Below, one piece after another: positions 54,466-64,000 of a stretch of DNA of 64,000 nucleotides; the first letter of the stretch is position 1; every line of letters begins with the position of its first letter. Source of the DNA: Octopus sinensis (Eukaryota); contig NC_043007.1 in NCBI RefSeq assembly GCF_006345805.1, positions 8,618,001 through 8,682,000 on the forward strand, written 5' to 3'. Made by a program: the position numbers and the translations under genes. The notes under the pieces are model-generated. The model was not told where the DNA came from. It did not search any database and saw nothing but the letters and a program-made list of their open reading frames with translations.

Positions 54466-57400
54466 CATACGTAATCATTTAGACTTTGGGTATACACCTA
54501 GTAGTGTGTCGATTAAGCACTCTCTCTGTTTAGGCTACCTGATGTCATCCACAGATGCGATATAAGTGTTACTGGATCTACCTCAGGAATTCTGTAGTAT
54601 TCGTTGAGTTTATAGCGAATGAAGGAAACGGTGAATGGAATTCATGAGGATCTCTATATTTATCTCAACGATCGATCTCGACCCATCTTGTATCGGTCCC
54701 TTGCGGGTGGAATGCATCTCGTCAGGTGTCTTGTTTTAAAAGAAGGTACCTCGCTCAGTATACTCGGTTTCGTTTCGTTCAATTATAAATCATGTTGTTG
54801 TTGGCAGAATGGTGTGTGTGTGTGTGTGATTGTTGTTTAGCTCCAGATAATCTCTGCTAAAGGCGTGCAAGATTTTTGATCAAAGGTGCAGCAGGTGAGA
54901 TGATCTTGTGCTTTGGGGTATGTGTCTTTTCTTTAATTAAAACGATATCGGGGTACTTTAGTGATATTTAACTGTTATTTCTAGCAGGTTGTGCGGCCAC
55001 GTTGATAATGATGTGTCATTTCTAAAGACCCTGAAGATACGCAGGAATGAGTTACCCCCCTGACCAGTTCTTGACATTCAAAGCTGTTTTGTACGAATCA
55101 AGGACATCGTCGCTTTGAGGAAATGACTAAGACAAGTAGACAATTGAAGTTTCTCATAATTGGCTCAAAGATTGTTTTACTAGTTTGACCAGTTTGTCGT
55201 CACTGAATATCAAACAAAACATATATTACCGTGCCTTTTGTCTCTATTTCCGTATAAATATGGTATTGGTTGTCTGCAGATTTGTTGATTTACTGTAAGA
55301 GGCTTTTAAGTAAACTTGTTTTCTTTGGCGGTGAAGTTGGAAAAAAGAAAAAGAAAAAATATGTTTACAAGCACAATTAAGTTAGTCTAAAGAATTGAAT
55401 ACTATTTTCCATGGTATTATTTCAGCTTGATTTGCATAATCGGTAGAGTATTTAACTGCACCGTTGTGCTTTTCGCCTTTAATGAGAGTCGATCATCGAT
55501 TTGACTCTAACCTTCTCCGAAAATGTATGGCTTTGTGTCTAGATTTGTCTTAGCAGCATTATAGGCCCTCGGGAAAACCAATGCACTGGGCCCTTTAGTA
55601 ATCTATTTTTTTTACAGCAAGCCCCAACATAGGCCAGTCAGAATTAGGCCCCTAGAACTCTGACGGTTTAGGGAACTTCCTAATGCACCCATGCCTTAAG
55701 ATAGCGCTGCTTGTGTCAATGTTAAAAACCACTGTTTTATGGGGTTATTTTTCGTTGTAAACATTGACTCAATGACGACTCCTTTGTCACGTGGGACATT
55801 AATCCCGAAAAAATGAAAGGAAAAGTCGACCTCGGCGGAATTTGAACTCAGAACGTAAAGACAGACGTAACACGCTAAGTATTTCGCCCGACGTGCTAAC
55901 GATTCTGCCAGCTCGCTGCCTCGCACTTGATGGTAATAATAAAAAGATAAAGTAGCAGAAATAATTTTATGGTGGCGAGACAAGGCTCGAACAAGATGGT
56001 TTGTTGATCCGTTGAACTGTTATTAATGAGTCAGGAGTGAAGCAGATGCGTTGCTGGAGAACGCATAGAGCTGGAGGAGCGCCAACTTGTCAGCTGACTT
56101 GAAGTGAAGTTTTGCGTAGAATCTGGAGGTACAACAGGGGGTCGAGGTAAAAGCAGTGGACGATTTGATGAAGATAATGATGACGATGATGATGATTATG
56201 AGGATGACAAACTTTGTATATTGCAATCAGTAACGTGGTAGGGTTCCCGACTATGGACGTGTTTCGTTTTCCTGCCTCAAATTTGTGCTGCGCAACGTGG
56301 AAGGGCGTGAGTCTTCTCATATCTTTTTTGTCATTTGATATCCTTTTATAAGTTCGTACATGTGTAACGAGCAGGCCTGCACACCATGGTGTACAACGAT
56401 GTTTATAAGATAGCAGGATGTTACTGAACTAGAAGAATAGCATTTACGACAAGGAAATGCGCAACTCGATAGGGTCTGAACTGCGACTAAGTTAGTATAT
56501 GCGTAGAACTTTTGGAAGAAAAAGAACAATCGATTATATCAACTCTAGTATGTGGCTGGTATTTTATTTTATCCACCCTGGGATGATAGAAAGTAAATTT
56601 AGCTTTACTAGGATTTGAACTCGTATCTAAGGAGCCGGTCTAAATACAGTACATAATTTTTTCCGGCGCCATAACGATTCTGCCGTTTACTGCTCTAATT
56701 TCATTCAAAATAGTCGATCATGTGTTTCTGCAAAAGAAATCAATAAATAAAAAAGAAACTATAGAAAAATAATACGAATTCTTTGAATGTCAAACACAAA
56801 AACATTCCACTGGCCGAGTAATCTTGGTAAGATAGGCGCTGAGTTTTTTTCTTTTATATAATAGATCATTCTTTATCGACATTAACCTCCTCTTCATCCT
56901 TCCCATCCTCTTCCTTCATCCTCCTCTCCCCCTCCTTTCCCTTCCTCCTTCCCCTCCTCCTCCTCATCATCATCGTGGTCGCTGAGGTGGTCAACGCGGT
57001 CGTCGTCATCAAATCGTTCACCCCTCCTATACTGCTATATACTTCACAAAGCCTCACTTCTTGGACCACGTGATTTACCAGTTGGACCTCATCTAATTCT
57101 ATGCTAAGTTCGACAACGCCTGGTGCTTTACCTCCGATCCATCACCAACACTGAAGTTGATAATTTAAACGATTCTCTTCGAATTGCTCTGCCACCCAAC
57201 ATCTCATTCGTGTCCCAAACGATTCTCTCTCGTCGCTATTTTGCTAAAAACATCGCGACCTACAATATTTCGAGAAAATCACCCAACCATACAAGAAATT
57301 CCTTAAAATTCTTTTTGGATTTATAAACATTAATTCTTTCTTTTGTGTCCTTACCACTTTTTTTTAAATGGGAAATATCTAACTAAATTTAATGAAAATA

Positions 57401-58501
57401 CTTAATTACAAAATGTCAGTCATATTTTGTTGAATACAGTCTGGATGTTTAATGTGAAATATGTGTGGCAGAAATATTTAGCAGTCCCAAAACACCTAGG
57501 AATAGAAACCGGATTGCTAAATTTCAATAATCAGGATTTGTTACAGATCAATGACATTAGGAGTCAACTGTCCTATCTGATCTCTGGCAGAAATCATAAT
57601 ATCAAAATGAACGCGATTTACCCAAATACTGACAATGTCATAAAAAAAATGACCACTCGGACATCCAGTAAACAGCACCTTATTAGCAAGTTTTTTTGTA
57701 CCCCCTTTTCTTGGGTAGACACAAAACTATAGATAGAATTCCTTTACCATTAGCAAACAGTGGGACTTGTCATGCTGCCAAACAGTCCACTCGTTCTCCA
57801 TTCTCATATCGGTTGTTGAACTGTTTACCTGCGTAAATATCTTTTCTGGTGTTCGTAGTGATAGCATCATGCATTATAGTTGACAATAAAAATACTTTCC
57901 CATTTAAAATCTCACCGGAATTTGTGTTCTTTCCACCGACTTCGATTCAAACTAAATATCATGCTGGTGATTATCCAAAGCAGAAATAATCTTACCGTTA
58001 TATATTTGTCTGGTGAATTCTAGCTATTGCTTAAATATTCGGATGGAAGTTAATGAAGTTTCATCTTCGATTATCAACGCTCTTCCAGATTCAGTTCGCT
58101 AATAATTCAACCCTTTTTAATGCTCAAAATCGTTTTAGATATTTATCGATCCCTTCGATAGCTACAACTCAGGGGCGGGGGTCAATATTGACCATTTTGC
58201 TACCCCCTGCAGTAGAGAAAGCCTTCATATTCACTGCCTGTTTTGTATACGACTCCTAACTGTATAAACTAATTCAATTACCCCACTCCCGTCCTACCAT
58301 CCCTCCTCATTTCGCCTAGCTTGCCTCACCCCCAAAGTAGCCCCTCTTGCTTGAACACAACATCAGAGACACCCAAAACAATTATCAAAAGCGTGGTACA
58401 TGTCACCAGGCCATACTCGCTCGTGAGTGATGGCTGTGCTGCTTAACGGTTCTGTTTTATTTATATAGCGTTGTTTTCGCTAAATAACTTCCACCATCAC
58501 A

Positions 58502-58543
<42 letters not shown>

Positions 58544-58739
58544 CATCACCACCACCACTACCACCACCACTACTACTACCACTCTCCAGGGATTCCGGTT
58601 ACCTATCCATTTTCTATATATATTTCTATTTTCCTATAGGTGAAGCCTTTCTTAAAATATATAAAAAAAAGAAACCCATTAGAATCGGACACCTGGGTGC
58701 GATGATATCCCTTTCTTTGTTGCAGATTGGAATAATAAT

Positions 58740-59260
58740 AATTTTGGCGCAAGGCCAGCACTTTCGTGGGAGGGAGTATGTCGATTACATCGACCCCCCC
58801 CCCCGTGTTCAACAGGTGCCCTTTTTTTTATCGACCCACAAAATGATAAAAGGCAAAGTCAACGGAGTTTGAACTCGGAATGTGAAGACGGACGAAATAC
58901 CGCTGAGCATTTCCGGCGCGCTAACGATTCTGCCAGCTTTGATAACGTTTAATATTAAAAGATAGTAATGCGGTCAGCTGGCAGAAACGTTAGCACGCCG
59001 GGCGAAATGCGTAGCCGTATTTCGTCTGCCGTTACGTTCTGAGTTCAAACTCCGCCGAGGTTGACTTTGCCTTTCATCCATCCGGGGTCGATTAAATAAG
59101 TACCAGTTACGCACTGGGGTCGATATAATCGACTTAATCCGTGTGCCTGTCCTTCCTTGTCCTCTCTGTGTTTAGCCCCTTGTGAGTAGTAAAGAAATAG
59201 GTATTTATTCTGTCTTCGAAATCAGAACGTAAAGCGTACTAACGTTTCTGCCAGATCGCC
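58740..59260. mobile_element. Head-to-head Nin-like SINEs
   Basis: 58740-58940 on minus and 58969-59205 on plus; gctggcagaaacgttagc...gccgaggttgactttgcctttcatcc. Confidence 0.85.
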
Positions 59261-59293
59261 GCATTCTGTTCATTTAACATTATACGATAAAAT

Positions 59294-59365
59294 GGGCATG
59301 TGGCGTAGTTGTTAAGAGCGCGGGCTACTAACCCCAAGATTCCGAGTTCGATTCCAGGCAGTGAT

Positions 59366-59414
<49 letters not shown>

Positions 59415-60433
59415 GCATCAACATCGAAAAATACCTTATGAGAAACCCAGGTTCGAAATTTCCCTAAGACACCTGATGAAATGCTGGAGGGTATATCAGC
59501 CGAAACGTTGTGTTAAGATGAAGACAAATATCCGTCAAATGTAAATAATGTAAATAATGATACTATTTATTCTACATAGTTTGGTCAATTATTGTGTCGG
59601 CGTTGTATTTTTTCGTGTTTTAATTGTCCACTGCGATTTTGAGCATGTTCTGCCCGGTGTGTAACAGACACTGGTATGTTATGTGCGTCACTTGGAATAC
59701 GATAATCGTTGAATAACAGAGTAAAAAGCGATATACATTCTAAGTGTTTCTTGAAAGTAGAGCGCTAGCAAATAGATTTCGTATAATTATTAACCTATTT
59801 TTGCTGAGTAACGATTATTATTTCTTTGTAATTTGGTGATTATAACAAGGGAAAGAACTCATTAAAAAAAATTCTTTGCAGTTGTAAATTAAGTCTGTTC
59901 TGTTTGATTAAAAAACAAAAAATGTTTGTCAGGCGAGAAGAAACAGTTCATATGACCTCTGTTATCTCACGCTTACTGATAAGACTGGTGTGGGCGATGT
60001 CCAGTCAAAATATATTCAGGCTATCTGCCAGATATGCGCAAGTGGGAAGGGTTCCAATAATCGAACTAGAGTAAAACCTACTAAAAACAGTTAAGTACGA
60101 AGTTGGGGTATTTACCTGGGTGACATGCAAAGCCGACAGTTTGAATATAAAACGATTGACAGAGCAATACACTTCTGTAGCTTTTACTTTCTTCAGAACG
60201 ATGCATGAAAGAGATCTTTGAAAGGCTGCGATGCTGTTGCTATTGTTTACCGCCTGGTTAGTTCTGATCGAATAATGCTAAGGGTAAAGGCTTTCTAGAC
60301 GTGACCATCAGGTCACACACACACACACACAGTCAGCTGCTGTCACTTACGAGTTGGCTTGGTTACTGTATCGCAAGCAGGCTAGTCTCTCCATCGGCCG
60401 ATTTACTATTTAGACCCAGCGATGTATGCATGA
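59294..60433 (+). repeat. Direct segmental duplicate of 48200-48301 + 49611-50652, including a composite element with hammerhead at 59468-59514
   Basis: Near-identical over about 1.1 kb, lacking the Dong-like insertion. Confidence 0.95.
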
Positions 60434-60519
60434 TGTTTGTGTATTTCTCCAGTGTGTCTGTGTTTTATTTATTTGAAGTACCAGGAAATACAATGCATCG
60501 ATGCACATAAACACGTACT

Positions 60520-61195
60520 CCATCTATCCATCCATCCATCGATCCATCCATCCATCGATCCATGCATCCATCGATCCATCCATCCATCCATCCATGCATC
60601 CATGCATCCATCCATCCATGCATCCACCCATGCATCCATGCATCCATCCATCCATCCATCCATCCATCCATCTATCAATCCATCCATCCAACTATCCATC
60701 CATCTATCCATCCATCCATCCATCCATCCATCCATTTATCTATCCATCCATCCATCCAGCTTCCATCCATCCATCCATGAATCCATGCATCCATCCATCC
60801 ATCCATCCATCCATCTATCCATGCATCTATCCATCCTTCCATCCATCCATCTACCCATCCATCCATCCATCCCTCCCTCCCTCCATCCATCCATGCATCC
60901 ATGCATCCATCCCGCCATCCATGCATCCATGCATCCATCCAACTATCAATCCATCCATCCATCCACACATGCATACATCCTTCCATGCATCTATCCATCC
61001 ATCCATCCATCCATCCATCCATCCATCTATCCATCCATACATCTATCCCTCCATCCATCCTTCCATCCATCCATCCATCTATCCATCCATCCATCCATCC
61101 ATCCATCCATCCATCCATCTATCCATCCATCCATCCATCCATCCATCTATCCATCCATCCATTCATCCATCTATCCATCCATCCGTCCATCCATC
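60520..61195 (+). repeat. (CCAT)n degenerate satellite
   Basis: Direct reading of the sequence. Confidence 0.97.
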
Positions 61196-61568
61196 CATTA
61201 CGTTCTGAGTTCAAAATTGCCGAGGGCGACTTTGCTCTTCATCCCTTTCGGGGTCGATAGAATAAATACCACTAGAGCACTGGCGTCGATGTAATCGACT
61301 TAACCTCTCCCCGAAATTGCTGGCCTTGTGCCAAAATTTGAAGCCAATCTTAAAGTCGTTCTTTAGTTTCTCGAAAAGCAACAATGACCTTGGTGGGATT
61401 TGAACTCTGAACCGTGGCAAACACTGCAAGACATTTTGTCTATCGATTCTCTCCATCCACCGCTTCAGGGTGCCATTTTATGAAAAGAATGGAAGAAGGA
61501 GATTCAAGAATTAGGTGACAGCACTGTGTATTATGTAAAAGAGATAACTTTTACGAAAAGAATCACTT

Positions 61569-61617
<49 letters not shown>

Positions 61618-61740
61618 ATCCACTACATAAGGTTGTGGTGTTTGAACTCTTGGAATAGGCGGCGTGTTGTGTCCTTGAGCAAGGCACTTCATTTCTTGTC
61701 GCCCCGACCTTCTTGGCTGTAATGAGTTCTGGCGGGATAG
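61196..61740 (-). repeat. Inverted duplicate of 50683-51193
   Basis: Reverse-complement match including SINE fragments. Confidence 0.93.
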
Positions 61741-64000
61741 ATGGATGGATGGATAGATGGATGGATGGATGGATGGATGGATAGATGGATGGATGGATGC
61801 ATGGGTGGATGGATGGATGGATGGATGAATGGATAGATGGATGGATTCATGGATGGATGGATGGATAGCTGGATGGATAGATAAATGGATGGATGGATGG
61901 ATGGATAGTTGGATGGATGGATTGATAGATGGATGGATGGATGCATGCATGGATAGATGGATGGATGGATGGATAGATGGATGGATGGATGGATAGTTGG
62001 ATGGATGGATGGATGCATGCATGGATAGATGGATGGATGGATGGATAGATGGATGGATGGATGGATGGATGGATGCATGTATGCATGGATGGATGGATAG
62101 ATGGGTGGATGGATGCATGGATGGATGGATGGATGGATAGATGGATGGATAAATGGATGGATGGATGGATGGATGAATGGATGGATGAACGGATAGATGG
62201 ATGGATGCATGGATGGATGGATAGCTGGCTGGCCGGATGGATGGATTGATGGATGGATGGATGGATGGAAGGATGGATGGATGGTTGGATGCATGAATGG
62301 ATGGATGGATTGATGGATGGATGGATGCATGGATGGATGGATGGATGGATGGATGGGTGGTTGGAAGCATGAATGGATGGATGGATAGATGGAAGGATGG
62401 ATGGATAGATGGATGGATGGATAGATGGATGGATGGATGGTTGGGTGGATAGATGGATGGATGGATGGATAGAAGGATGGATGAAGGATGGATAGATGGA
62501 TGGATGCATGGATGGATTGATAGATGGATGGATGGATGGATGAATACATGGATGGATGGATGGATGGATGGACGGATGGATGGATGGATGGAGGATGGAT
62601 TGATGGATGGATGCATGGATGGATGGACGGATGGATGGATGGAGAGATGTATGGATGGATGGATGCATGGAAATATGGATGGATGGATGCATGGATAGAT
62701 GGATATATGGAAGGATGGATACATGGAAGGATGGTTGGATGGATTGATGGTTGGACGCATGAAAGGATGGTTGGATGGATGCATGGATGGATGGATGGGT
62801 AGATGGATGGATAGATGGATGGATGCATGGATGGATTGATAGATGGATGGATGGATGGATGAATACATGGATGGATGGATGGATGGATGGATGGACGGAT
62901 GGATGGATGGATGATGGATGGATAGATGGATGGATGCATGGATGGATGGACGGATGGATGGATGGAGAGATGTATGGATGGATGGATGCATGGAAATATG
63001 GATGGATGGATGCATGGATAGATGGATATATGGAAGGATGGATACATGGAAGGATGGTTGGATGGATTGATGGTTGGACGCATGAAAGGATGGTTGGATG
63101 GATGCATGGATGGATAGATGTATGGATGGATAGATGGAAAGATGGATGGATGGATGGACGTATGGATAGAAGTGTGGATGCATTGATTGATGGATGGATG
63201 GATGGAAGGAGGGATAGTTGGATGGATGGATAGATGCATGGATAGATGGGTGGATGGATGGATACATGGATGGATGGATGGATGGATAGATGTATAGATG
63301 GATGGATGGATGCATGGATTGATGGATGGATGCAGGGATGGATGGATGGATGGAGGGACAAATGGATGGATGAATGGATGGGTAGATGGATGGAAGGATG
63401 GGTGAATGGATAGATGGATGGGTGGATGCATGGATGGAAGCATGGATTGATGGATAGGTGGATGGATGCATGGATTGATGGATGGCTGGATAGATGGATG
63501 GATGGATTGATTGATGAATGAATGGATGGATCGATGGATGGATAGATGGATGGATGGAAGGAAGGATGAATGGATGGATGGGTGGTTAGATGGATGGATG
63601 GATGGATGGATGGATGGATAGAAGGATGGATGGATGGATTGATTGATGAATGGATGGATGGATGGAAGGATAGATGGATGGATAGATGGATGGATAGATG
63701 GATGGATGAATGGATGGATGGATGGATGGATGGATAAATGGATGCATGGATGGATGCATGGATGTAGTGATGGATGGATGGGTGGCTTGATGAATGGATG
63801 GATAGATGGATGGATGTATGGATGGATGGATGGACAGATAGATGGATGGATGCATGTTTGGGAGCATGGATGGATGGATGGAGGATAGATGGATGGATGG
63901 ATACATGGAAGGATGGTTGGATGGATTGATGGATGGATGCATGTATGCATGGATGGATGGATAGATGGATGGATGGATGGACGTATGGATAGAAGTGTGG
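61741..64000 (+). repeat. (ATGG)n degenerate satellite with higher-order units
   Basis: Direct reading; runs off the window end. Confidence 0.97.

Noticed and set aside
60437-63950. Long HPSI/MDGW ORFs (up to 753 aa)
   Set aside because: Translations of the (CCAT)n/(ATGG)n satellite, which is stop-poor in all frames; no coding evidence

Overview
AT-rich, microsatellite-dense animal genomic DNA. The SINE, LINE and microsatellite repertoire suggests a coleoid cephalopod, probably Octopus (inference). About one recognisable host gene segment is present: the first coding exon of PSME4 (PA200/Blm10) on the minus strand at 18894-19096. The rest is mostly transposable elements. These are three large RTE LINE copies with a PHD-type finger inside the RT region, several CR1-clade LINEs, three R4/Dong-like restriction-endonuclease LINE fragments, a CRE-like LINE split by a hAT-type MITE, two mariners, a Helitron-type element, a 2.3-kb Merlin-like foldback with an 8-bp TSD, several tRNA-derived SINE families, local segmental duplications and an inverted pair of (CCAT)n/(ATGG)n satellites. 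The most striking signal is a set of unrelated minimal hammerhead-ribozyme motifs of the Penelope-associated type. Their cores include C3-G8, U3-A8 and G3-C8 pairs. One family is a composite of a Pol III tRNA-like head, an (AAT)n tract and a hammerhead, and one of its copies is itself hit by a Dong-like LINE (filled and empty sites both visible). Coordinates of degenerate repeats were read by eye and are approximate.
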